A stretch of 64,000 nucleotides of DNA from a virus, in IMG/VR virus record IMGVR_UViG_3300032516_000016, positions 3,632 through 67,631 of that record. One strand, 5' to 3'. A program made the position numbers and the translations under genes. Within the stretch, counting starts at the first letter, position 1, and each line of letters starts with the position of its first letter. This document shows, in pieces, positions 37,942-48,020 of this stretch. The notes under the pieces were generated by a model that had not been told where the DNA came from, searched no databases, and saw only the letters and a list, made by a program, of their open reading frames with translations.

Positions 37942-40818
37942 TTAAGCACCTTCGCAGTAAGCTTCGTATAATGCTCGTTGAGTTGTCGGTTTGTCTACAG
38001 TTGCGGCATTATCGATATCTTGTCTAGTTATCGTTTTGTCTTGAACTCCTTGTGCTATGTATGGTTTCAGTTTTTCCTTGAATCGGCTCTCGTCTTGTCC
38101 TTTTATATCGGACATTGATTGCCCGGTATCTAACATTTCTTTGACATATGTGTCTCTTTGTGCTGCTTCCGTGTTTATGTCTCTTAACTCTTGGTAGGAT
38201 GGTACGTAGTTTTCGGTTTTCATTTTTTCTTTTATTTTCTCTACATACGGATCGCCTGTTGCTACTGTTGTGCTTCCCCCGCCCCCGCCGCCCCCGCCTG
38301 TGGGCGTGGGCGATCCGGCTCCGGTCCCTTTTGTGTATGTCCATCTCCCGGTCACTGGATCTTGTGTCATTGTGCTTCCTATTTTTTCATTTTCTGCTAT
38401 TTGGGCGTCGTCTAAGCCCATGTTTTTTAGTGCCGCTTTTTGCGCGTCGGAGTATTTTACGGTGGTCGGTGTTCTTGTTCCCGCTGGTGTGGTTGGTTTG
38501 TTCAGGTGTGTGTCACCCCATTTAAGTATATCCTCGCGTGTTGATTTTCCTTCTTGTCCGATGTATTTTTGTAAAACTTCCAGTCCTATTCCTGACAGAT
38601 TTGCAGTTGTTAAATCGTCTAGGGTTCCTATCGTTTTATCATTCTTTATTCTGTAATATAGTATTGCTGCTTGTTGCGGTGTTAGCTCTTTCCCCGTTGC
38701 CGGGTCTATTACCCCGGTTGGTTCAGTGCCGAATATCTTGTCTCCCCATTTCTCTATCCATGCTCGGTCTTTTGATTTTAGTAAGTTGTATGGGTTGTTC
38801 AGGTAATCGGCTTCTAGTTCGATGTCAGTTTTTGCTCTCCATCCCCGCCTATCCTTGTCGTCCCAAACGATTAACCCTTTCGCGTCCAGTGCTACGCCGA
38901 TGTCTTTTAGTCTCATTTCTTTTCCGAATGATAGGATTATAGCGTATCCTGCACCTCCTCCCATCATGTTAAACCACGTTCCGTAGTATGGTATGGATAG
39001 TATGAATTCGTATACTTCTTTGTTTTTGTCTAAAATATTCATTATTAATTCCATTGTTGCTTTTGACGTTGGGTCTAAGTCTTTTAGGAATGCTGCTTTA
39101 AGTTGTTCTATAGTTAGTTTATCTTGTGTTATTGAACTGTATCCGAACATGTTTTCAAATATTTGTTGTAATCCTGCTGTTGCATACATGTAGCCTAGCA
39201 TTGGTAATGTCAGTCCAAGCACTGTTCCCCATTTCAGTCCTGTTTTTGTGTATGATCTCCATCTACTTTGAGTTACTATTCTCATTGCGTCTTCGGTTTT
39301 CAGTGCATTTATTGGAGAGACTGCGTTTCGTATTTTGCTCCATCCTTCTACTGACACCTTGTCAAGTAGTTTCCCTAGTTGTTCAATGTTTTCTGGTGTT
39401 ATTTGTTTTCCTGCTGTTATATCGTCCATGAATTTGGTTTCATCATCATTTGGTAGGTTTCGCCAAAATTTACTTCCTTTCTCACTTGCTATTTTGTCTA
39501 CTTCTGCTAAGTTGTTTTCTGCTTTTCTTTTTATTACTGCATCTGCTACATCTCTGCCACCAAGTTTGTCAGTTTTTATCCGGTCGAATTCCGCTACTGC
39601 GTTCTTTTCACTTAGTGTTGTGTAGTCATATGTTTTTACGTACTTCGCTTCTCTCTCTGCGGTTGCAACGGTTTCGCCGTTTATCTTCTTGTTAATCAGT
39701 TGATCACTCAGTTTTCTTTGCGTTGCTGGTGGCACGAATTCGTCGTCTTTGAGTGTTGCTGCTTTTGCAAGGTTTTCTTCTTCTTTCGTCAGGACTCCGG
39801 TGGAGTCCAAGAGGTTGTTTGCGATCTGTTTGTCTTTGGGGTCCAGGTTTGCGAGCAAGCGTTCCGCTTGCTCTGCGGTTTTTTCAAGTCCTGGTCTGTC
39901 TGCGGCTTTTGCGATTGTTGTTTCAAGCATTTGCTTGGTTGCTTGGGTGTTGGTGAAGATCTCCTGGGCTTTTTCCAGGTCTTCTGTTGTTACTGGGTGT
40001 CTTCCTAGTTTCTTTTTCATTATGTCATAAATTGGTCTATCATTTAGCATTGACATAAGCCGTACATCGTTGTCTGCAATCATTTCCCAATGGTCAAGGT
40101 TGCTTATGTCTGCGCGTATCAGTATACCTTCTGATAAGATTGTATCAATTTCTTGTTTTAAGTTTGTTCCTTCCATGGTTGTTGCGTGTTGTAGTTTTGC
40201 TTGTATCTTTCCAAGTCGTTCAGTTTTGTACGTGTTTTCTATTATTCTTGCTGCGTCACCCGTTACTCCTGTTCCTGCCAGTCGATCTCTCACGAAGTCT
40301 CGTATTTCTGCAAATTCGCTCGTGTCCAGGTTTCTCACGTATGTCCTCACGTATCCATCGTTCATGTAGTACATGAATTCGGCATATGGTGAGCTTGGGT
40401 CGGTTGCAGTTTTTATTTTGTTCAGTTTTTTAGTTGCTGCTGCTTGTAGTACATCATTCATTTCAGTGGCTGCTATTCGTTGTGTGTTTACTTGTTCTCG
40501 TATCGGGTCAAGTATCTGGTCCAATATGCTTTTTCCTCTGTCATTTGGTGTGCTTCCTGATCCTGTTATGGTGCGCTTTGGTGGTTCTATTGGTTCTCCT
40601 CCTGTGGATGATACTTTTTTAAATGTTTTTGCTTTTTTCTGTTCTAGTTTTTCGGTGGCGATGGCTTTTTTTTCCGTTGTTGTCATTCTGGTAGCATCTG
40701 CTGTTTTTGGTATATCTTGTGTAACTTCTCTTGCTGCTGGCGTCGTTGCCTGTTCTCCTATGTTTGCTACCTTTTCTCCTATCGCCCTCCATGTATCACA
40801 TGCTTTATTGTCAGCCAT
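37942..40818 (-). CDS. large helical putative virion protein with membrane segments
   Basis: 958-aa ORF; hydrophobic WGTVLGLTLPMLGYMYA; GGTGA RBS. Confidence 0.65.
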   Translation of the reverse strand: MADNKACDTWRAIGEKVANIGEQATTPAAREVTQDIPKTADATRMTTTEKKAIATEKLEQKKAKTFKKVSSTGGEPIEPPKRTITGSGSTPNDRGKSILDQILDPIREQVNTQRIAATEMNDVLQAAATKKLNKIKTATDPSSPYAEFMYYMNDGYVRTYVRNLDTSEFAEIRDFVRDRLAGTGVTGDAARIIENTYKTERLGKIQAKLQHATTMEGTNLKQEIDTILSEGILIRADISNLDHWEMIADNDVRLMSMLNDRPIYDIMKKKLGRHPVTTEDLEKAQEIFTNTQATKQMLETTIAKAADRPGLEKTAEQAERLLANLDPKDKQIANNLLDSTGVLTKEEENLAKAATLKDDEFVPPATQRKLSDQLINKKINGETVATAEREAKYVKTYDYTTLSEKNAVAEFDRIKTDKLGGRDVADAVIKRKAENNLAEVDKIASEKGSKFWRNLPNDDETKFMDDITAGKQITPENIEQLGKLLDKVSVEGWSKIRNAVSPINALKTEDAMRIVTQSRWRSYTKTGLKWGTVLGLTLPMLGYMYATAGLQQIFENMFGYSSITQDKLTIEQLKAAFLKDLDPTSKATMELIMNILDKNKEVYEFILSIPYYGTWFNMMGGGAGYAIILSFGKEMRLKDIGVALDAKGLIVWDDKDRRGWRAKTDIELEADYLNNPYNLLKSKDRAWIEKWGDKIFGTEPTGVIDPATGKELTPQQAAILYYRIKNDKTIGTLDDLTTANLSGIGLEVLQKYIGQEGKSTREDILKWGDTHLNKPTTPAGTRTPTTVKYSDAQKAALKNMGLDDAQIAENEKIGSTMTQDPVTGRWTYTKGTGAGSPTPTGGGGGGGGSTTVATGDPYVEKIKEKMKTENYVPSYQELRDINTEAAQRDTYVKEMLDTGQSMSDIKGQDESRFKEKLKPYIAQGVQDKTITRQDIDNAATVDKPTTQRALYEAYCEGA

Positions 40819-40959
40819 CTCATTTCACCATCCCAATCGTCATCACAGGCAACTCCTGAGCCTGCCCCGAAGGGGCAGGCTCAAAAGGCTCGTGGGTCAT
40901 CTTCTTCTTCAGCTCGTTCAGGCGTCTGCCGTAGGCCAGGAAATCAATTTTCTTCATGG

Positions 40960-43900
40960 TCAGGCTCCCAGGTTCATTGTGGGTAGCACTTTTGGTTTTG
41001 CCCCCGTTGTCCAGAATGGGTCTACTCGCCCCGTTGCTAGTACCGATTCATTTGCACCAAGTGCGGCTGCTTTTGATATTGATGTGTTCAGCCCTGGCGT
41101 TGGTCCTTCGAATATGGTTGTTATCGTTGTGCTTGTTGGTACTGTTGTTACCAGTTTTTTGCCTAAGTCGTATTGCATTATCAGTTGCTGTTCACCGGTT
41201 TTCATTTCTTGCATTGCTTCAATGGTGTATTCGTATTTTCCTAATTTCATCGATGTTCCTGTTATGTCTGTTCCTGTCTCTCCTGTTTGACCTGTCTGTG
41301 GTTCTACTAGTGTGCTTTCGTATATCGGTGTCGTTTTTCCTGTCTTTGGGTCAACATAACTTCCTATCTGTTTATTCGTATTTTCCACTTTTATTAATGC
41401 GTGCCCTAGTGGATCCCCCGGTTGCAAGGCTGCACCTGTCGGTGCTTTGGTTATTGTTGCTATTACTGTCACGATTTTTGCTTGCAACCCTTTGTTGTTT
41501 AGTGTGCTATCCGAGTTTATCAGGTTTGCTCCTTTTATTGCGAAGTCTTGGCAGTTGTTTTGATTGGTGGTTAGTGATTCCAGGTCTCCTTCCACGTATG
41601 CTTGTCCTGGTATGTTGCTTTCCATTAATTTGTCATAAGCCGGTAAAATGTTTATGTTTATAAATTCGTATCCTTCTTCGGTTCGTCTTTTTTCTCCTAC
41701 AACTGGTACTGTTTTTGGTCCTACTGGTACGATTTCCATCCAGGTGTCGTCTCCTTTGTCGTATAGGTATTTCTTTCCCTCTGCGGTTTGTGTTGATGCC
41801 AGTAATGCACCTGCCGCGAGCGCGCCTACGCCGACGGCAGCTATCTTCGCTCCACTGCCGCCACCTCCTGACGCGAACCCTGCGCATCCTCCGGTTAGTG
41901 GTGTCTCGTCGGCGCATTTCGTCATTTCATCTTCGATGTTCTTTCGGAAGGCATCTCGTTCAGCTTTCAGTGCCGCTCGTTCGGCGTCCGTTCCGTGTAG
42001 AGCGACTTCGTCGCTCTGCTTCATCAGCATGTTTGCGTATTCGTCGTATATTCGTGTCTTTCGTGCCACGTCGTCGGTTAGGCCCAGGGCATCTTCGACT
42101 AGTGCTCGGTCTGCGAAGAGCTTCTTGGTGTCTGCTGGTGACAGCATTTTGCCTGTTTCCAGGTTTGTGAGTGCCCCCCGTAACCCTTTCTGTTCTAGCT
42201 GACGCATTGCGTCAGCTCGTCGGGCATCTTTCATCCCATCAATCACGTTCTGGGGTACGCCATGTGCCTTCAGCTCGTCAAGTTGCCTGATTGGTATGTC
42301 CGGCGTCGCTGCTCGTGCGCGGGTCACTTCTACGTTCTTTAGCTTGCTCGCCGCAGTCTGGTAATCCAGCTTCTTCACCGATGTCATCGCATCTGCGATG
42401 ACTCGTTCCTCTACCTTGGCGGCGACGGCAGTATTTGTCCACGCTTTCACTGGGGCGGGCACGTTTTTCCAAGCCTGGCTTTCGGTTATTGCTTTCACGA
42501 CGGTTGGGTTATCAGCGTTATCCATCATCCGTTTCACGGCATTGGCGCTTTCCGGGTTCACACGTTGCAGGGTCGCCATATCCGTGGATTCAAGTGTCAC
42601 CTTCTCCAGTCTGCTCGCAGTAGCCCGTTGTGCCACTGCCGAAGGCAGTGGCACTGAGGTTGCTGGTTTGGTCACTGCTTTGACTTCTGCTTCTACAATG
42701 TCGATGTTTTGGTCAATTTTTGTTGGTGTTATTAGCTCATCTTGCTTGATGATTGCTTTTAGGTCTTTTATTTGGGTGTCAATTGCTTTTATAGTATTGA
42801 CGTTGGTTGCGGAGGTGGGTAGTTGTCGTTTTGTGTTTTCGAGTGTTGCAATTTCTTCGTTTATCGTCGTCTTAATCTCTGGTCCTAGTGACTTTTGGTT
42901 CACGTAGTCGATTGTGAATTTCTTTGATGCGTCGGTTTGCTCGATCATTGTCGCAGGTCTTATCGTGATTGTGTCTTTTCCTACAGTTTCGATCTTTACT
43001 GTTCCTGCTCCTGGCAAGGTGTAGATCTTGTTTGTGTTCACGTATTTTTGCAAGTCTGCTGCATCTGCTTGTGGCACTTTTATCGTAGTTTGCGCTGTAT
43101 CTCCTATTCGTATGGTGTTTTTGAACTTTTCGACATCTATTGGGTCTGCGGTTTTGATTACTGGCAGTATCTCTGAGGTTGTCTTCGCTGGCTTTATCCA
43201 TATATTTTCCAGTTCCTGGACAATCTTGGGTCTGATTACTGGATCTGCTGCTAATGCGATGGTTTTCACTTCTGCTCTGGTAACTGGTATTTTTCCTGTT
43301 CCCACTATGGCATCTAGCTTTATTGCAATCAGTTTTGGCTCATTCTTGCTTTCTTTTGCTACAATTGCCATCGCTTCTGTTGCAATGTTTTGATTTGTTG
43401 TACCGAGGTTGATAATTGTTTTTGGTTGTATTATGGCTCCTGCACTTATTGGTGTTTTCCTGAGTAGTGCTGCTGCGACCGATTCACCTATTGATATTTC
43501 TCCAAAGTTAACATTTACTGGTAATTTTATGTTTACTGATGCTAATTCTTTTGCTACCAAGTCGGCGAATTTTGCACTTTTTGCAACTTTTCCCAGTGCT
43601 GCAAATTCTTTAATTATTAATCTGGCTGCATCAGTCTCGAAACCTAATATTCCACCTGATCCTATTGCGATCAAGCCGTCCACTAGTGGGTTTCCTGTGA
43701 TTTTAGTATTTAGTATCTCTTTCGATCCACCTACAATTTTTTCCCATGTTTGCCCATCGTAGATGGTAGCCATGTTTGCTCTGACTGTTGGGTCAGTTAG
43801 TACGTTTGCTATTCCGTTCTCACCAATGGTGTTTGCTACAACTCCTCCCCAATGTCCGTTCAGGTCTCGTGCGAGTATTTGTTTATTGAAGGTTGGTATA

Positions 43901-45990
43901 TTTTTTATTCCTTCATCTGTCGTGTACACCAGGTAGTCCATCGTTGTTGGTGTTACTATTCCGTTCTTCTTGTCTTTAACTATTTTATTTACTGTTGCTA
44001 CTCCGGCGTCAGTTAGTCTCAGCACTGGCATTGTTACCACTTGTGTCTGTGCAGTTTGTCCGGTTGGTATTTCTATTCCAGTTTTTTTCTGTATTCCTAT
44101 CGTTGTTGTAACTTCGTCTTGTTGCAATAGTCCATTTCTCAAGTTTATGTCCTTGTCCATGTCATATACGTTGTTCTGATACCATGCTAATGCTTGGTTT
44201 ATGAATGAATCTTTTGGTAGTAGTGATGTTCTCATATCTTCGTTGGTGATGGGCTTTACTACTGTGCTGCTATATTCGTTTGCAAAAGTTCCTTCTTTGA
44301 TTTTTCCTGTCCATGTTGTTTCTCGTTGTAGTTGCTGTGGTGCTACTTTTTTTGCCTCGTTTATGTATTGCTCCGTTGATACTTGTTTTGCTGTTTTTCC
44401 TGCTAACATCGGATTTATTATGTCTTGAATGTTTTGTGGTAATATGTTTATGTTTTGTGGTGTCGTCGTGTCCCGTCCTTGTGGTGCCATCATCTTTTGT
44501 TGTGTTGGTGTCAGTTGTGCGATATTGTCTTCGAATTTGATTGTTCCTAATCCTTCTATTGTTTTCGATGTGTATGTTGGTGTTCTTAATGGTGTTTCTG
44601 TTCCTCCTATTGCTTTTATTCCGTATTCGCTTGTGTATGGATCACCGTCAGCGTCCACTCCGGTTACTATTTCTGATAATCTTATTCTGCTTTCTGGTTG
44701 TTGTGCATGTAATATGTTAAATGCTTTCTGCGCGTCTTCCCTTGTTACGTATTTGAATGCTTGTTGTTTGCTATAGGGATCGGTTAGTTCTACTCTAAAT
44801 TGTCCGGTTGGTGTTTGTGCTGGTAGTGCTACTGGTGTTACTGGCGTGCTTCCCTTCATCTGTATATCTGCATCGAACGTGAGCATTCGCACAGGGGTCG
44901 GTTTGGTTGGTGCTGGCGCAGGTTTCGTTATCGCTTGTGTCCCGATCACGCCTTCCTTGAGCATTGGTGTGGGTATCTTCGCCGTCACCTTTGGGTTCTC
45001 CATCTTATACTCAAGCATTGCCTGAACTACGGTCTTGCCGTCCACTTTTTTCTCACTCACCAGCTCTCCGGTGTCGCGCTCTGTGGTGCCTATGAACTTT
45101 TTATCTGTGAGCCACGCTTTCATGCCAGGGTCAATTTTCGTGGTGTCATACACCATGCGCGAAGCTGGTGTAATGGTTTGTGCAACCGTCGGCATGAAGG
45201 TCTCTACCTTGAACCCTTTGTCTATCACCATCGTCTTCATCAGGTCTTTTGTCGCGATGGCTGAAGCGTCGAATCGCAGGTTCAGTGGGTTCATCAGGTT
45301 TTCATCGATCTTCATTATCTTGTTCATCGGATTTTCCCATTTCAGGTTCAGCATGCTTGATAGCACGACTCGGTCGTTCTGGTTTGTGATTCCTGTTAGT
45401 TGTGCTACGTTGGCTCCCATGTTCTCAAGTGCGGCTGATTTGATGGTAAGCTTGATGTCCTGGCCCGCCCTGTCCAGTCCTTCGAAGGAGTTATTTTTAA
45501 TTATGTTCCCCATGTCATGTGCAATTTGTATTCCTTGAAATTGTTTGCCTGCTAGTGCATTTGTGATGCTTGATGCCAGGTTTAGTTTTGCTGTTTTCAG
45601 TGGCGTGTCTATGTCAGTGGTCAGTATTGTCTTGAAATTGCCTAGTGTTGTTTCTATCAGTTTTGTCATTGCTGGAGAGGTAATTTTTGTGGCACCTATC
45701 TTCTTCAGTTCCGTGTTCAGCTTCAAGCCTTCAAGTTCTATCTTCGGGAACGTTACGTTCAGTATCTTGTTGTCCCATCCTTTTGCAACATTTGCTAGAT
45801 TGTTGCCTATGTTTGTGAATACTGGTGTTATTGCTTTCACTGTTGGCGCGCTTATCTTAGGTGAAGAGGATATGTTTTTCCATACGGTGGTGTCGTTTTT
45901 GAAGTTGATGGTTGTGTAATTAGTGAATTTCGGCGCTGTATATGGTACGTTGGGCTTGAACTTGATCGAACTCAAATTTGGTAGGGCCAT
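40960..45990 (-). CDS. very large putative virion protein with C-terminal papain/transglutaminase-like domain
   Basis: about 1676 aa from ATG 45990 with GGTGAT RBS; NCQDFA...GHA...VEPQTG after a hydrophobic segment. Confidence 0.65.
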   Translation of the reverse strand: MALPNLSSIKFKPNVPYTAPKFTNYTTINFKNDTTVWKNISSSPKISAPTVKAITPVFTNIGNNLANVAKGWDNKILNVTFPKIELEGLKLNTELKKIGATKITSPAMTKLIETTLGNFKTILTTDIDTPLKTAKLNLASSITNALAGKQFQGIQIAHDMGNIIKNNSFEGLDRAGQDIKLTIKSAALENMGANVAQLTGITNQNDRVVLSSMLNLKWENPMNKIMKIDENLMNPLNLRFDASAIATKDLMKTMVIDKGFKVETFMPTVAQTITPASRMVYDTTKIDPGMKAWLTDKKFIGTTERDTGELVSEKKVDGKTVVQAMLEYKMENPKVTAKIPTPMLKEGVIGTQAITKPAPAPTKPTPVRMLTFDADIQMKGSTPVTPVALPAQTPTGQFRVELTDPYSKQQAFKYVTREDAQKAFNILHAQQPESRIRLSEIVTGVDADGDPYTSEYGIKAIGGTETPLRTPTYTSKTIEGLGTIKFEDNIAQLTPTQQKMMAPQGRDTTTPQNINILPQNIQDIINPMLAGKTAKQVSTEQYINEAKKVAPQQLQRETTWTGKIKEGTFANEYSSTVVKPITNEDMRTSLLPKDSFINQALAWYQNNVYDMDKDINLRNGLLQQDEVTTTIGIQKKTGIEIPTGQTAQTQVVTMPVLRLTDAGVATVNKIVKDKKNGIVTPTTMDYLVYTTDEGIKNIPTFNKQILARDLNGHWGGVVANTIGENGIANVLTDPTVRANMATIYDGQTWEKIVGGSKEILNTKITGNPLVDGLIAIGSGGILGFETDAARLIIKEFAALGKVAKSAKFADLVAKELASVNIKLPVNVNFGEISIGESVAAALLRKTPISAGAIIQPKTIINLGTTNQNIATEAMAIVAKESKNEPKLIAIKLDAIVGTGKIPVTRAEVKTIALAADPVIRPKIVQELENIWIKPAKTTSEILPVIKTADPIDVEKFKNTIRIGDTAQTTIKVPQADAADLQKYVNTNKIYTLPGAGTVKIETVGKDTITIRPATMIEQTDASKKFTIDYVNQKSLGPEIKTTINEEIATLENTKRQLPTSATNVNTIKAIDTQIKDLKAIIKQDELITPTKIDQNIDIVEAEVKAVTKPATSVPLPSAVAQRATASRLEKVTLESTDMATLQRVNPESANAVKRMMDNADNPTVVKAITESQAWKNVPAPVKAWTNTAVAAKVEERVIADAMTSVKKLDYQTAASKLKNVEVTRARAATPDIPIRQLDELKAHGVPQNVIDGMKDARRADAMRQLEQKGLRGALTNLETGKMLSPADTKKLFADRALVEDALGLTDDVARKTRIYDEYANMLMKQSDEVALHGTDAERAALKAERDAFRKNIEDEMTKCADETPLTGGCAGFASGGGGSGAKIAAVGVGALAAGALLASTQTAEGKKYLYDKGDDTWMEIVPVGPKTVPVVGEKRRTEEGYEFININILPAYDKLMESNIPGQAYVEGDLESLTTNQNNCQDFAIKGANLINSDSTLNNKGLQAKIVTVIATITKAPTGAALQPGDPLGHALIKVENTNKQIGSYVDPKTGKTTPIYESTLVEPQTGQTGETGTDITGTSMKLGKYEYTIEAMQEMKTGEQQLIMQYDLGKKLVTTVPTSTTITTIFEGPTPGLNTSISKAAALGANESVLATGRVDPFWTTGAKPKVLPTMNLGA

Positions 45991-45996
45991 ACCAAC

Positions 45997-46021
45997 ATTT
46001 ATCACCTGGAAGGTGATAAAT
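45997..46021. promoter_or_regulatory. inverted repeat made of two back-to-back Shine-Dalgarno sites
   Basis: atttatcacct-gga-aggtgataaat between divergent ATGs at 45990 and 46028. Confidence 0.65.
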
Positions 46022-46027
46022 ATTCGC

Positions 46028-47209
46028 ATGGTTACTGGATATGTTGATCCGGTCGTTGCAGAGGGCCATCAGCGTCTGAGGGACATCGAGGGTGATATAA
46101 AAGAGGTCACTGGTATCCTTACTATGGCTCAGGTTGATGAGCAGTACAATAAACCGGTGATGGATTATTACCTCGCGGCCAAGGAGCGCATCCAGGCAAT
46201 CCGTGGATATCTCAAGGCATTTGAGGATTACTACGAGCTTAACAAGGTTAAGCTCGTTGAAGAGGTTTATTTCGTAAACATCATCAATTCCATCGAACTC
46301 CAGCTCGATGCTATGGAGAACAATCTGGTTATTCCGGCGATAACGTTTGCTGGTGTTGAAGAAGCTATGCGCGATTCAGTGGATTCGACTGGATTTGAGC
46401 GGCGCGTCGTTGTCTCCAAGGTTGATGACGGTGACACATTCTGGTTCAAGGATGAGGATGATAAGGAAGTTCCTGTCAGGATGGCTGGCATTGATGCTGC
46501 GGAGGGTGGAACTGAACGTGGCAAGATCGCGAAGAAGTTCCTTAGTGATTTGATTCTCGGCAAGGAAGTTGTTCTCAAGCTTGACAAGCATACTCCGGTT
46601 GAGACGTTTGGCAGGTTGCTTGCGGTTGTGTTCCTTGGTTCGTTGGACGTTAACGTCCATATGGTCGCTTCGTGTATGGCAGCGCCGCTCACCAAGTTTG
46701 GCAGGCATCACTACCTTGACATGGATCAGCTCAAGCTTGCGGGCGAGAAGTGCTCCATGGGTTGGCCCGAGGAAGCGATGCTTCACGTTTTCACCAAGCC
46801 TGAGCGGTGCATGGTGTTTATCGATGGCAAGGACACTGGACAGCTCACCGGGCGCGGTGAGCTGCGGGTGCCGGTGGGCAGGCATCGGTTGACGTTTGTG
46901 AAGATAGGGTTTGGTGCTTTGAATGTCGATGTGGACTTCGAGGTTTATAAGATTTATGATCTTACTTATGAGCTTCAGAAACTCGGCGCGACTGATGGTC
47001 TTGTTCGTGTTAGTGCTGTTTCGGATGGTTGTGATGTCTCTGCGATAGTGCTCGTGGATGAGGTGCCGCAGGGGTTGTCTCCGGTTATTCTCACGTTGCC
47101 CGTTGATGTCGCGACGCGCGTTGGCATTGTCACGTCTTCGCGAGATCCTGTGTATCGCGAGGTTACTGCGAAGTTGGGTGAGATTGTGCAAGTTGATGTT
47201 GAGTTCTAG
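46028..47209 (+). CDS. thermonuclease (SNase) domain + PEGA-domain protein
   Basis: VDDGDT, VRMAGIDAAE, FGRLLAVV; C-terminal P....VFIDG..TG PEGA. Confidence 0.85.
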   Translation: MVTGYVDPVVAEGHQRLRDIEGDIKEVTGILTMAQVDEQYNKPVMDYYLAAKERIQAIRGYLKAFEDYYELNKVKLVEEVYFVNIINSIELQLDAMENNLVIPAITFAGVEEAMRDSVDSTGFERRVVVSKVDDGDTFWFKDEDDKEVPVRMAGIDAAEGGTERGKIAKKFLSDLILGKEVVLKLDKHTPVETFGRLLAVVFLGSLDVNVHMVASCMAAPLTKFGRHHYLDMDQLKLAGEKCSMGWPEEAMLHVFTKPERCMVFIDGKDTGQLTGRGELRVPVGRHRLTFVKIGFGALNVDVDFEVYKIYDLTYELQKLGATDGLVRVSAVSDGCDVSAIVLVDEVPQGLSPVILTLPVDVATRVGIVTSSRDPVYREVTAKLGEIVQVDVEF

Positions 47210-47220
47210 GATGTGTTAAT

Positions 47221-47574
47221 ATGGTAAATCATGACGCGACGGCGGTAATAAACGTCATAAATTCTGGTATCGGTAACTTTACCAGCAAGAATAGCGAGTT
47301 GATCACCAAGCTCTTGTCTGATCAGGCGGAGCTTCTGTCGGACATTGACAAGATGCAGAGTCATAACATTAAGGCCGGGTTCCTGCCTGATGATGGTGAT
47401 GATATCAAGAAGTTCGTGGCCGAGATACTTGAAGAGGTTACTGTCAACCTTGGCGAGCTTCAGAATAGCATTGCTGCGTGGGCCGGATCGGTTAACGTTG
47501 TCGTTGATGCGCCTGGCATAATGCGTGTGGACAAGAGTATGGAGCCTGATAAGGAGATGGTAAAGAGTGGTTGA
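47221..47574 (+). CDS. hypothetical protein
   Basis: in operon. Confidence 0.55.
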   Translation: MVNHDATAVINVINSGIGNFTSKNSELITKLLSDQAELLSDIDKMQSHNIKAGFLPDDGDDIKKFVAEILEEVTVNLGELQNSIAAWAGSVNVVVDAPGIMRVDKSMEPDKEMVKSG

Positions 47575-47794
47575 TGAGGTTGTTGATGGGTCTGAGCGCA
47601 ATGAGTTTATATCACTCATTGATAAGCTCGATGGGTTTAAGCGATATACGCTTGTCATTCCGATGGAGCTGTGTTTCATTTTCGTCGTTTTGATCATGGT
47701 TTTGCAGGGTAAGGTTACGGAAGCGTTAGCAGCGGCTTCGGGGGTTTTTGGGGTAATGGTGGGGTACTACTTTGGTGTGCAAAAAAATATGTAA
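47567..47794 (+). CDS. small two-TM membrane protein (holin-like)
   Basis: two hydrophobic helices ending VGYYFG. Confidence 0.55.
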   Translation: MVDEVVDGSERNEFISLIDKLDGFKRYTLVIPMELCFIFVVLIMVLQGKVTEALAAASGVFGVMVGYYFGVQKNM

Positions 47795-47797
47795 GTG

Positions 47798-47833
47798 AGT
47801 TTCCCGCTGCGGCGGGAAACTTATTAGTTTTTT
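47798..47833 (+). terminator. C(UGCG)G hairpin followed by a T-rich tract
   Basis: agtttcccgc-tgcg-gcgggaaact then tattagtttttt. Confidence 0.7.
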
Positions 47834-47873
47834 AGCGTGTTCTTTATATACTTGTAAGTACATGCTATTAGGT

Positions 47874-48020
47874 ATGGAACTACCTACTTTAGAATGTAAG
47901 CGTTGTGGTCATAAATGGCATCCTCGTCGCGATCAGTTGCCTGCTGTTTGTCCTAATCTTAAGTGCAAGTCTTCGTATTGGAATAGAGAGCGTCGTGTTC
48001 CTCGTAAGGTTGTGGTGTGA
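47874..48020 (+). CDS. Zn-ribbon microprotein (48 aa, not in ORF track)
   Basis: MELPTLECKRCGHKWHPRRDQLPAVCPNLKCKSSYW; TTTATATA box about 25 bp upstream. Confidence 0.75.
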   Translation: MELPTLECKRCGHKWHPRRDQLPAVCPNLKCKSSYWNRERRVPRKVVV

